A DNA stretch of 32,000 bases from an uncultured Saprospiraceae bacterium (GTDB taxonomy: Bacteria; Bacteroidota; Bacteroidia; Chitinophagales; Saprospiraceae). The stretch lies in the NCBI GenBank assembly GCA_938028705.1, contig CALIZI010000411.1:4915-36914 (forward strand). Direction: 5' to 3'. Below, piece by piece: positions 1 to 8,512 of this stretch. How positions within the stretch are numbered: position 1 is the stretch's first letter; each line of letters starts with the position of its first letter. The notes beneath the pieces are model-generated. The model was not told the origin of the DNA and made no database searches. It worked only from the letters and a program-made list of their open reading frames with translations. Made by a program: the position numbers and the translations under genes.

Positions 1-640
1 GTCAAGTTTTCTAAACCACTTAAAGCAGTTAAAGCATCATTTCCCGAAATAAGCATACTGCGAGTTGAGGTCAAGTTTTCCAAACCACTTAAGTCCGTTA
101 AATAATAATTTCTCGAAACAAACAGAAAGTCAATTGAGGTCAAATTTTCCAAACCACTTAAGCTGGTTAAACCGCCATTTTGCCGAATGCTCAGACTACC
201 ACCAACTGAGGTTAAATTGTCCAAACCACTTAAATCGGTTAAACCATAATTAGCCCAAATATCCAGAACGTCAACCGAGGTCAAATTTTCCAAACCACTC
301 AAACTGGTTAGACCGGCATTTTCCCGAATCCACAGATTACCACCAACCGAGGTCAAGTTTTCCAAACCACTTAAATCCGTTAAAGCATTTCTCGAAATAC
401 TCAGATCGTCAACCGAGGTCAAATTTTCAAAAGCACTTAAAGCAGTTAAAGCCTCATTTCTCTCAATAAACAAACCGCCAATTGAGGTCAAATTTTCCAG
501 CCCACTTAAATCCGTTAAAGCATTATTTCTCGAAATACTCAGATCGTCAACCGAGGTCAAATTTTCCAGACCACTTAAATCGGTTAAATCATAATTTCTC
601 CAAATTTCCAAACGACCAATCGATTCAATTGGCGGTAGAT
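1..640. repeat. Tandem 66-72 bp coding repeats (LRR units)
   Basis: The motif GAGGTCAA(A/G)TTTTCCAAACCACTTAA recurs at about 1, 67, 136, 208, 277, 349, 415, 484 and 553. Spacings are 66, 69 or 72 bp, all multiples of 3. Confidence 0.9.
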
Positions 641-839
641 TACTTAAATCAGTAATATCAGAAGTGCCCGACCAAACACCTATCCTCAATTCACCGATAA
701 TTTCTGTGCAAGCAGGATAATCAGCAGCAAAATTATCAACTTCAAGTTGCGTCCTTAAATTAATATTTCCATTCGGGCATTGCGCTTGAATGGAACAATA
801 AATCAATAAAAACAAAATAAATAACACCAATTTTCTCAT
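1..839 (-). CDS. Secreted leucine-rich-repeat (LRR) surface protein, N-terminal part; the 3' end lies beyond the window start
   Basis: Absent from the ORF track because it has no in-window stop. The reverse complement from 839 reads ATG AGA AAA TTG GTG ... = MRKLVLFILFLLIYCSIQAQCPNGNINLRTQLEVDNFAADYPACTEI. This is a signal peptide plus the same QAQCPxGNI..NFAAxYPxCTEI head as the 723-aa neighbour. I translated the frame by hand down to base 1 and found no stop. The body is 22-24 aa xLTDLSGLENLTSxxx repeats. Confidence 0.8.
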   Translation of the reverse strand, partial: MRKLVLFILFLLIYCSIQAQCPNGNINLRTQLEVDNFAADYPACTEIIGELRIGVWSGTSDITDLSNLPPIESIGRLEIWRNYDLTDLSGLENLTSVDDLSISRNNALTDLSGLENLTSIGGLFIERNEALTALSAFENLTSVDDLSISRNALTDLSGLENLTSVGGNLWIRENAGLTSLSGLENLTSVDVLDIWANYGLTDLSGLDNLTSVGGSLSIRQNGGLTSLSGLENLTSIDFLFVSRNYYLTDLSGLENLTSTRSMLISGNDALTALSGLENL

Positions 840-854
840 AATAGATTAATTTAT

Positions 855-1003
855 ATTCACGTTTCGCTATGCCTGCGTACCGATGACTTTAGCCATCGCA
901 CAACAATACAGCACTTGACGGCTAAAGTCGTCAGTACAGGTCTTTTAAATTGTTTTTTTATAAATTTTAATTATTTAAAATATTGTTTTAGCGAAACATG
1001 AAT
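855..1003. mobile_element. MITE-like palindromic element, copy 1 (TTCACGTTTCGCT-type termini)
   Basis: Outer inverted repeats are ATTCACGTTTCGCTA (855-869) and TAGCGAAACATGAAT (989-1003). An inner hairpin pairs GTACCGATGACTTTAGCCATCG (877-898) with CTTGACGGCTAAAGTCGTCAGTAC (914-937). A related copy lies at 28539-28805. It has no coding capacity. Confidence 0.7.
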
Positions 1004-1118
1004 TTATGAGTGAAAAAAAGTGTGTGGTTGTAGTATTTCAAAGATGCGACTATTTATCGAATAAAAAAAGTAACAGTTTGGTATATTTTTACAAATCAAA
1101 CATTTTTTAATAAAAAAT

Positions 1119-1152
1119 CCCCTCAAAATGAATGAATTATCATTTTGAGGGG
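1119..1152 (-). terminator. Rho-independent-type terminator downstream of the 723-aa LRR gene
   Basis: CCCCTCAAAATG (1119-1130) pairs with CATTTTGAGGGG (1141-1152). A/T runs lie on both sides, and it sits just 3' of the minus-strand stop at 1179. Confidence 0.6.
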
Positions 1153-1178
1153 CAATTTTTTTTATACTAAAAATACAT

Positions 1179-3350
1179 TTACATCTTAATAAGTCGCTTG
1201 CTGATGACTTCATTTTCTATTTGAATGGAGATAAAATACACACCTTGTGCCTGATGCGAAATATCAATCGAAGGGTCGTTTTGCATTTTACCTTCTCGAA
1301 TGATTTGTCCTGATGTGTTGTGGATTTGGTAAGTGCCTGTGGAGATACCTTGCACAGTAAAAACACCTGAATTGGGATTGGGTAAAATATTAAAATCATA
1401 AGAATGGTCAGGCGTTTCAGTAGAAACTGTCGGCAATTCGCTGACCATGATACTTTGTACCGTATTGGTGATGACAGGCGGATTGAGGTCGAAGTAAATC
1501 CCTGCCGAATTGGTAATGGGTGTCTCCTCTGCAAGTCCGTCGAATGGACTGATGAGGTAATTGACGTAGCCCTGACTTGCATCAAAATTGGAGGTAGAAT
1601 CGGGTAGGAAAATATCTCGGAACTCAAAGGTCAAAATACGCTCGTCCTCATTCAAAATGGTGTTCAATAGGTCAGCATGGCTACTGCCCAAAACTCTGAA
1701 TGTAGTCAGGTCAAGATTCGCATCAAGCGTATCGCGTATGACGACATCGTAAGCAACATCATTGCCTGTATTCTGAAAGCGAATGGTGTAAATAAAGTCT
1801 TCTTCAAACAAGACATAATCGCCCTCGCGCTTGGGATTGACGAGTTTATCATTGGGGTCGTAGGAGCAGCGGACTTCGGGGTCGTATCGAAAACCTTCGG
1901 AAGTATCATCGCCATTAGCATCCGTATATTGCGAAAAAGCACCAAACAGTAATCGCTCACCCAAGTCAAAATCCGGCGGACCGGGTACGGTGATCGCTAC
2001 GTTTTTAATGATAGATTGTCCCGGATACAAATCGGTATAATACCAACCGTAAGTATCGAAATCCGCAATGACGGTATCGGGTTCGTGAATGAAGTTAAAT
2101 GCGGGAATGGCATCGTCTATGGTGAGCCACATAATGCCGCTTGCTATGGTGGTGCCGAGGTTTTTGGTGGTGACATTCATAGTGATTACTTCATTACAAC
2201 GTGTATTCGGTGAGTTTATAGTTGTTTGAATATGAGACACTTGCTGTGTGGGGTAGATGCCGAAGGTAATCGTAGCAATTTCGCCTTCTGCGAGACTAAG
2301 GAAATAATTTGTGGAGTCAGTGGTGAGTTGCCAATTTGAGTTATTGGCTTCATCGAAAGTGACTGTATAGCTTCCCGGTGCAATATAAAATATACCATCA
2401 TTTTGTGTGTAATATGAGTTATCGCCCGGTGTTATCAGAATGGAAATATCGTAGTAATTCGGTTCGTTTGATTCTTGAATTTTATTTTGGTTAATATCAT
2501 AAAAAGCAGCAACTTGTATTTTGGGAATAAAATCACAGGCATCTGATATTTCAATAGAATTATTGCAGCCGGGAGCGTTATCGAAGATAGCCGTACTGCC
2601 TCCGTTTTCTATATGGCTGCAAATGGACGGAAAGTTACAAACAGATAACATTTGATTACCAATAATATCTAAAGTTATGATTGTGCTGTAATCAAAATTT
2701 TGCAAGCCACTCAAACTGTTCAAAGTCATATTATCCTGAATCAATATAACACCTTCAATTGAAATGAGATTTTCCAAACCATTAAAGTTAATCAGGCTGT
2801 CGTTATCATCAATCCAAAAATCACCCGCTACCGAAATGAGATTATCTAAACCACTAAAATCGACCAAATTATCATTCTCACTAACTCTTAATTGACCTCC
2901 GATTGAACTTAGGTTATTCAAGCCGGTCAAGCTATTTAAATTCGTATTATCTTCGATACTTAAATAACTTCCAATCGAACTTAGATTTTCTAAAGCATTC
3001 AAATTCAATAAATTATCATTGTCTGAAATATTTAAATGACCTTCAATCAATATCACATTTTCCAAACCACTCAAACTAACCAAATTCGGATTATTAAAAA
3101 TACCTATACCGCCAATGAAGGTAATTTGGTTCAATGGACTCAAATCAGTAATATCGGAATCACTATTCGTACCTATCTGCAAAACATCGGCTATCTCAGT
3201 ACAAGTAGGGTAAAGTGCAGCAAAATTATTTATATTAGCCTGTGTCTCAAAAGTAATATTTCCTTGCGGACACTGCGCTTGTGTGAGCCCAACACAAAAA
3301 AGAACAGCGAAACAAAAAAGGATTATTTTTTTAAAAAAAATCATATTCAT
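1179..3350 (-). CDS. LRR surface protein with T9SS C-terminal sorting domain
   Basis: ORF track, 723 aa. It has a signal peptide (MNMIFFKKIILFCFAVLFCVGLTQAQ), about 10 LRR units of LxxLxGLxNLxSIxG type, a CSYDPNDK motif, and a C-terminal NILPNPNSGVFTV...GVYFISIQ...SKRLIKM tail typical of Por/T9SS sorting domains. Confidence 0.85.
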   Translation of the reverse strand: MNMIFFKKIILFCFAVLFCVGLTQAQCPQGNITFETQANINNFAALYPTCTEIADVLQIGTNSDSDITDLSPLNQITFIGGIGIFNNPNLVSLSGLENVILIEGHLNISDNDNLLNLNALENLSSIGSYLSIEDNTNLNSLTGLNNLSSIGGQLRVSENDNLVDFSGLDNLISVAGDFWIDDNDSLINFNGLENLISIEGVILIQDNMTLNSLSGLQNFDYSTIITLDIIGNQMLSVCNFPSICSHIENGGSTAIFDNAPGCNNSIEISDACDFIPKIQVAAFYDINQNKIQESNEPNYYDISILITPGDNSYYTQNDGIFYIAPGSYTVTFDEANNSNWQLTTDSTNYFLSLAEGEIATITFGIYPTQQVSHIQTTINSPNTRCNEVITMNVTTKNLGTTIASGIMWLTIDDAIPAFNFIHEPDTVIADFDTYGWYYTDLYPGQSIIKNVAITVPGPPDFDLGERLLFGAFSQYTDANGDDTSEGFRYDPEVRCSYDPNDKLVNPKREGDYVLFEEDFIYTIRFQNTGNDVAYDVVIRDTLDANLDLTTFRVLGSSHADLLNTILNEDERILTFEFRDIFLPDSTSNFDASQGYVNYLISPFDGLAEETPITNSAGIYFDLNPPVITNTVQSIMVSELPTVSTETPDHSYDFNILPNPNSGVFTVQGISTGTYQIHNTSGQIIREGKMQNDPSIDISHQAQGVYFISIQIENEVISKRLIKM

Positions 3351-3367
3351 ATTTTATTAATAAAAAA

Positions 3368-3401
3368 AGCCATCAAAACAAATTATTTTGCTTTGATGGC
3401 T
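3368..3401 (-). terminator. Rho-independent-type terminator downstream of the SOD gene
   Basis: AGCCATCAAA (3368-3377) pairs with TTTGATGGCT (3392-3401). On the minus strand it is followed by a T-run (complement of TAAAAAAA at 3361-3368). Confidence 0.6.
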
Positions 3402-3463
3402 CGAAGTTATCAAAAATATGTGACCGAAAGTTAGTTGATTTTTCGGAACATTACAACATTATA

Positions 3464-4201
3464 TCAAGCATTCTTCAAATTCTCCCCCACCTGATTCCAG
3501 TCAATCACGTTAAAGAAATTGGCGATATAATCACCGCGTTTATTCTGATGTTTCAGATAATAAGCGTGTTCCCAAACGTCGATACCAAGAATGGGCGTAC
3601 CCGATTTTTCGACCAAATTTTTCATCAGCGGATTATCCTGATTAGGTGTCGAACTGACGAATAACTTGCCGTCACTCCCCTTCGACAGCCATGCCCAACC
3701 CGAGCCAAATCGCGTCTTAGCTGCTTTATCAAATTGCACTCTGAATTTCATAAAATCACCGAACGTTGTATTAATCGCATCTGCCAAATCGCCCGTTGGT
3801 TTGCCACCGCCTTTGGGTGACATCACGCTCCAGTATAGCGAATGATTGAAGTGTCCACCGCCATTATTACGCAATCCCGTGCTTGTTTTTCTATCATTTA
3901 AACCTGCAAGAATCTCCGTTAAAGATTTTCCGCTTATCTTTGCATCTGCTAAGGCTTTATTAAATTTTCTGACGTAGCCCGCATGGTGTTTGTCGTGATG
4001 AATCTCCATCGTGCGTGCGTCGATATTCGGTTCAAGTGCTGCAAAATCATAGTTTAGCTTTGGCAGCGTGAACGTACCATCGGCATTCGCTGTTATAGCA
4101 TTGGAGGTTTTCGGTTCGGATGAATTGCAGCCAATAATAGGTGTTATCATCGTACCGGCAGTGACCACTCCGGCAACTTTTAAAAATTCGCGTTTATTCA
4201 T
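3464..4201 (-). CDS. sodA: Fe/Mn-family superoxide dismutase (Mn-type signature) with an export signal
   Basis: Motifs HHDKHH, NNGGGHFNHSLYW and DVWEHAYYL. The N-terminus MNKREFLKVAGVVTAGTMITPIIGC resembles a Tat-like signal plus lipobox. I chose the second Met; the track start at 4231 is also possible. Confidence 0.9.
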   Translation of the reverse strand: MNKREFLKVAGVVTAGTMITPIIGCNSSEPKTSNAITANADGTFTLPKLNYDFAALEPNIDARTMEIHHDKHHAGYVRKFNKALADAKISGKSLTEILAGLNDRKTSTGLRNNGGGHFNHSLYWSVMSPKGGGKPTGDLADAINTTFGDFMKFRVQFDKAAKTRFGSGWAWLSKGSDGKLFVSSTPNQDNPLMKNLVEKSGTPILGIDVWEHAYYLKHQNKRGDYIANFFNVIDWNQVGENLKNA

Positions 4202-4261
4202 AGTGAAATGTCTTATTTTTGTATTGCCCAAAGTTAAACATTTTTTAAATAAAAATAGAAT

Positions 4262-4435
4262 GGAACGCAGATTTGGCAGATTTAACGGATTTACACAGAT
4301 TTTTTGGTTTTAGGCTAAAATTCGGACTTCATCTTAAACCTATAAGGTTTTCAAAAACCTTATAGGTTTGATTTCCAGAACTTTAACTATAAAAAAAATC
4401 CGCGTTAATCTGTCGAATCCGCTATATCTGCATTC
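4262..4435. repeat. Imperfect 44-bp inverted repeat enclosing a 34-nt hairpin, in the sod/copA divergent region
   Basis: The arm at 4262-4305 (GGAACGCAGATTTGGCAGATTTAACGGATTTACACAGATTTTTT) pairs with 4391-4435 at about three-quarters identity by eye. The central hairpin is AAACCTATAAGGTTTTCAAAAACCTTATAGGTTT at 4336-4369. Confidence 0.65.
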
Positions 4436-4445
4436 TATCAAATAT

Positions 4446-6545
4446 ATGTCAAATACAACAGAACTAACAGTAGAAGGTATGACTTGTGTCAATTGCGCCA
4501 AAAGCGTTGACCGTTTGCTCACCAAAAAGGGCATGGAAGAGGTCTATGTCAACTTCGCGACCAAAGAAGTCCGCTTTCAAAATAGTGCTGCGGTAAGTAT
4601 CGAAGAAGTCAAATCGGATATTACACGACTTGGCTTTGAGGTCGTGGACGAGCATCTCCCCTACTCTACCCTTTGGACTTTGGAACGCAAATTTTTGTTT
4701 GCGTTGGTTTTTACTTTACCACTTTTTGCTCACATGTTTATCCCCTGGAAACCACTGCACAACCATTGGATTCAATTAGCTTTGTGCCTACCTGTTTTCG
4801 CACTTGGAGTGTGGCATTTCGGGCGCAGTGCATGGACATCTATCCGCAATGGCTTCCCGAATATGGACGTGCTGATTTTTATGGGCAGTACAGCGGCATT
4901 TGTCTATAGTTTGTATGGTTCGCTGGCTGGTTTGGGGCATGATTTTTTGTTTTACGAAACGAGCGCGATGATTATTACACTTGTTCTGTTAGGTAATTTA
5001 TTGGAAAAACGCGCCGTAGCCCGAACCACCACCGCTATTAGCGAACTTACAAAATTACAAGTTCAAAAAGCACGAAAAATAGTAGGCACAAACATCATAG
5101 AAGTTGATGTAAAAGACCTTAAAACAGGCGATATTTTGCAAGTCAATGAAGGTGATAAAATTCCTGCGGACGGAGAGATAATCAGTGGAACAGTCAGTAT
5201 AGACGAGTCGATGTTGACTGGTGAAAGCGAACCAATTTTGAAGGAAAAAGGAGCTGTGGTTGTTGGTGCTTCGCTCGTTAATTCGGGCAATATGCAGATG
5301 CGTGTCACCGCTACAGGACCCAATACCATTCTTGCACAAATCATCGAACTCGTCAAATCTGCACAAGCCGATAAACCTGATATTCAACGACTTGCAGATA
5401 AGATTAGTGCTATATTTGTTCCGGTAGTATTGGCGATTGCTGCGCTGACTTTTGTATTGTCTTATTTTATTTTTGATATAAATTTTCAAGATGCGATGCT
5501 GCGTAGTATTGCCGTCATGGTGATTTCCTGCCCTTGTGCGATGGGCTTGGCTACGCCTACGGCAGTGATGGTTGGTGTAGGTCGCTTGGCACGCAATGGC
5601 ATCCTGATTAAAGGCGGTCAAACCCTCGAAGTTTTTTCTACTATTAAAAATATTGTTTTTGATAAAACAGGCACACTTACCACAGGAAATTTTAAAGTAA
5701 AAGACATTCAGTGTTACCACAATTATTCGGAGAATGAGGTGAAAAATATTGCCCTTCAATTAGAAAAACACTCCTCCCACCCTATCGCCCGCTCACTTGT
5801 ACGCGAATTTTCTAATATTAGTATGAATGATAATTTTAAATTAGAAAATATAAAGGAAGAAAAAGCTGTCGGAGTAAAAGGAAATGATGACAAAGGAAAC
5901 GTTTTTGAAATCGGCTCATACCGCATCGCACAGCACCTTACTGCTGATGACAGCCACCATATTTACCTCCGCAAAAACGACCAAATCATCGCTACGATTG
6001 ACATTCAAGATGAATTAAAATCAAATACCACTGAGACGATAGATTACCTCAAATCACAAGGTATGAATCCCATTATTTTGAGTGGCGATAAGCAAGCGAA
6101 AACCGCACAAATTGCAAATGACTTAGGTATCAACGAATTTTATGCAGAGCATTTGCCGGAAGAAAAATTGCGACTTATCGAAAAATTGACTAAAGATGCA
6201 CCTACGGTTATGGTTGGCGATGGTATCAATGACGCACCTGCCCTTGCGAAGGCTACGCTTGGTGTTTCGCTCGGCAATGCTTCGCCGGTAGCCATTCAAT
6301 CTTCCGAAATTATTTTATTGAATGACCGTTTGGATTATCTGCAAAAAGCAGTAAAAATTAGCCGACATACGTTATTGACGATTAAACAAAATCTCTTTTG
6401 GGCATTTGCCTACAATATTGTAGCCATTCCGGTAGCAGCACTCGGCTATCTCAACCCGATGTGGGGTGCAATTTTTATGGCATTTTCAGATGTGGTGGTG
6501 ATTGGTAATTCGTTGAGGTTGAGAGGGAAACGGATTGATGCGTGA
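4446..6545 (+). CDS. copA: Copper-translocating P1B-type ATPase
   Basis: Motifs: HMA box GMTCVNCAKSV, TGES, CPC, DKTGTLT, GDGINDAP. I moved the start from 4368 to ATG 4446 (MSNTTELTVEGMTC) because 4368-4445 is repeat sequence. Confidence 0.9.
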   Translation: MSNTTELTVEGMTCVNCAKSVDRLLTKKGMEEVYVNFATKEVRFQNSAAVSIEEVKSDITRLGFEVVDEHLPYSTLWTLERKFLFALVFTLPLFAHMFIPWKPLHNHWIQLALCLPVFALGVWHFGRSAWTSIRNGFPNMDVLIFMGSTAAFVYSLYGSLAGLGHDFLFYETSAMIITLVLLGNLLEKRAVARTTTAISELTKLQVQKARKIVGTNIIEVDVKDLKTGDILQVNEGDKIPADGEIISGTVSIDESMLTGESEPILKEKGAVVVGASLVNSGNMQMRVTATGPNTILAQIIELVKSAQADKPDIQRLADKISAIFVPVVLAIAALTFVLSYFIFDINFQDAMLRSIAVMVISCPCAMGLATPTAVMVGVGRLARNGILIKGGQTLEVFSTIKNIVFDKTGTLTTGNFKVKDIQCYHNYSENEVKNIALQLEKHSSHPIARSLVREFSNISMNDNFKLENIKEEKAVGVKGNDDKGNVFEIGSYRIAQHLTADDSHHIYLRKNDQIIATIDIQDELKSNTTETIDYLKSQGMNPIILSGDKQAKTAQIANDLGINEFYAEHLPEEKLRLIEKLTKDAPTVMVGDGINDAPALAKATLGVSLGNASPVAIQSSEIILLNDRLDYLQKAVKISRHTLLTIKQNLFWAFAYNIVAIPVAALGYLNPMWGAIFMAFSDVVVIGNSLRLRGKRIDA

Positions 6546-6840
6546 ACTTTAGGTATTTTAAGTAGTTAGACAAAAATATCTGACTACTAAGCGCACTAAG
6601 AACACAAATGTCGAATGAACCTCGTTCTTCAACGGGGCAGGCTACAATAAGAAAAATAAGATAATGTAAATAATTCATTATTAAATACTTATAAACACTT
6701 TGTGGTTCTTCTGGGTGCGATTCGTTTTTGTATCCACTAATATTCTTGATTATCACTATTTTATGAATTTTAAATTAACTTGACAATATTATATTCTAAA
6801 AATAGTAATATATTTATGTTTAGGATGGAATATTTTTTCC

Positions 6841-6938
6841 GAATTTGGGCTAAAACTCGTCAGACATTTTCAAAATCTACCGATGAACTCATATTTTCCG
6901 ACAAAGTTTAAATGTCTGACGAGTTTTAGCCCAAATTC
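6841..6938. repeat. Perfect 28-bp inverted repeat with a 42-nt loop
   Basis: GAATTTGGGCTAAAACTCGTCAGACATT (6841-6868) is the exact reverse complement of 6911-6938. A 26-of-29 copy of the right arm occurs at 11937-11965. Confidence 0.85.
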
Positions 6939-7001
6939 AAGCCCAATGCCGTCCATTATTGAATAAAAGGTAGTCCTTTAGATTAATGCTAACTCATGGC
7001 G

Positions 7002-7034
7002 ACTTTCCTTGCATTTTGAAAATGCAAGGAAAGT
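7002..7034. repeat. Hairpin with TTTTGAAAA centre
   Basis: ACTTTCCTTGCATTTTGAAAATGCAAGGAAAGT. It is related to the hairpin at 11865-11900. Confidence 0.85.
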
Positions 7035-7207
7035 TTGAGCATTACATTTATAGCACTACCGAATAAAAATTAAAAATGAGCATGGGTACAAAAACGAATC
7101 GTACCCGATTCTTCTGCATATTTTGCGGAAATTATATTTAATAATTATATATTCGTTATAAAATACTGACGCTTGTTTTTAAATGATAGTTTGGAAACAA
7201 GATAAAG

Positions 7208-7347
7208 TCGGCGGACATTTACAAATGTCAGGCGACAGCATTTTTGCATTTTATTAAAATACAACACATTACACAGTTTAAATAAATAAAATGTTTTAAA
7301 ATATAACGAAGATACATCTCGCCTGACATTTTAAAAATGTCCGTCGA
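7208..7347. repeat. Two inverted copies of a GACATTT..AAATGTC hairpin
   Basis: TCGGCGGACATTTACAAATGTCAGGCGA (7208-7235) and TCGCCTGACATTTTAAAAATGTCCGTCGA (7319-7347) are near reverse complements of each other. Each is itself an imperfect hairpin. Confidence 0.75.
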
Positions 7348-7621
7348 GTAGGCACCTCCCAGACTAAAAATAAAAACACATATAATTCCCGTAAGATATG
7401 CAGTTGAGCCCACTTTGTGAACTCTACGCCTATTCGATTTTAGTGTTCTTAGTGCGCTTCGTGGTTCAAATATTGTTAGTTTATTTTTGTTTTATTACTT
7501 ATGTGATAATTTTGTGTATATTTGTGAGTATGAAGCAAGATACGATATTATTATTAGCAAAACTTTTGATTTTATCGCTGCCGCTTCTTATGCTGAAACT
7601 TTTAAAGATATATAAGCAAAA

Positions 7622-8512
7622 ATGAATACTGACTCTACACCAAATACCGAAAAATCATGGAATGATAAAAAATATGACCAACTGCTGAACGAGTGGAATG
7701 AATTGCAGAAAACGCCGAATGAAAATCTGAGAATGCAAGCTAATGTTGCACTTACAATAGGTTCGTTGGCACATCTGATGTCCAAATTGGAAGATGCTTT
7801 GAAATATTCCGAATTAGCTCTCGCACTCACTAAGCGTCTGGGAAAAATACCGGAGCAAATCGGAGCCTTAACTGCCATAGGAAAAATATATGCAGCTAAA
7901 GGTGATTTGAACGAAGCATTGGAGTATTTCCAGAAAGCATCAACTATTAATGAAAGTATCAAAGACAGCCAATTACAGATGTTGTTGGATACTAATTTCG
8001 GTATGATTTATAATGTAAAAAAAGATACTGAAAAAGCACTGATTCACTTTAAAAAATCACTTCGCATAGCCGAACAAACAAATAGTATTAGCGGACAAGC
8101 AGGCAACCTGCTCAACATCGGCGGATTGTATGTCCAACAAGGCAAAACAGACGCAGCAATGGAACATTATCAGAAGTGTTTGGAGAAATATAAAACAATT
8201 AACAGTTTGATGGGACAAGCTCATGTGCTGAAAGATATAGGATTGCTTCATGTCCAACAAAACCGACTGGAATATGCTTTAAAATGTTACGATACTGCGC
8301 TGAAATTTTATACTGCCGAAGGATATACAATAGGGCAAGCTAGTGTACTCAGCTACATCGGAGAGCTTTATGAGCGCAATGAAGATTTCGACTTCGCATT
8401 AAATCATCTGCAACATGCACGCGCCCTTTATATCAGTGTCGGTGCCGAAAATCATCCCGAAGCTCTGGCTATCAAAGAGAATATTTTACGTATTAAAGCC
8501 CAATCCGGCTAA
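7622..8512 (+). CDS. Tetratricopeptide-repeat (TPR) protein
   Basis: ORF track, 296 aa. It has repeated roughly 40-aa units with A-x-x-Y/F and G-x-A signatures (ALEYFQKA, AMEHYQKCL, ALKCYDTAL, ALNHLQHA). Confidence 0.75.
   Translation: MNTDSTPNTEKSWNDKKYDQLLNEWNELQKTPNENLRMQANVALTIGSLAHLMSKLEDALKYSELALALTKRLGKIPEQIGALTAIGKIYAAKGDLNEALEYFQKASTINESIKDSQLQMLLDTNFGMIYNVKKDTEKALIHFKKSLRIAEQTNSISGQAGNLLNIGGLYVQQGKTDAAMEHYQKCLEKYKTINSLMGQAHVLKDIGLLHVQQNRLEYALKCYDTALKFYTAEGYTIGQASVLSYIGELYERNEDFDFALNHLQHARALYISVGAENHPEALAIKENILRIKAQSG

Larger units (their letters stand above)
6714..7108. mobile_element. MITE-like element with 23-bp terminal inverted repeats and an 8-bp flanking direct repeat
   Basis: GGGTGCGATTCGTTTTTGTATCC (6713-6735) pairs with GGGTACAAAAACGAATCGTACCC (7084-7106), 21 of 23. 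TTCTTCTG occurs at 6706-6713 and again at 7109-7116. Confidence 0.6.
6587..7461. repeat. Composite non-coding block bounded by a roughly 28-bp inverted repeat
   Basis: GCGCACTAAGAACAC (6591-6605) pairs with GTGTTCTTAGTGCGC (7444-7458). The match extends outward (..CAAATGTCGAAT versus ATTCGATTTTAG..). The interior holds several further palindromes and no credible ORF. Confidence 0.6.

Noticed and set aside
1-640. A regularly spaced repeat of about 69 bp that superficially resembles a CRISPR array
   Set aside because: The period is always a multiple of 3. The whole stretch is one open minus-strand frame encoding LRR units. The sequences between the repeats are themselves similar to each other.
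4368-4445. A 26-aa N-terminal extension of copA (track start 4368)
   Set aside because: The region is the right half of a palindromic repeat. MSNTTELTVEGMTC at 4446 is a typical HMA-domain start.
6546-7621. A retron or other RT-associated structured ncRNA locus, or a degraded prophage
   Set aside because: There is no reverse transcriptase or any phage-like ORF nearby. The TSD-flanked inner element fits nested MITEs better.
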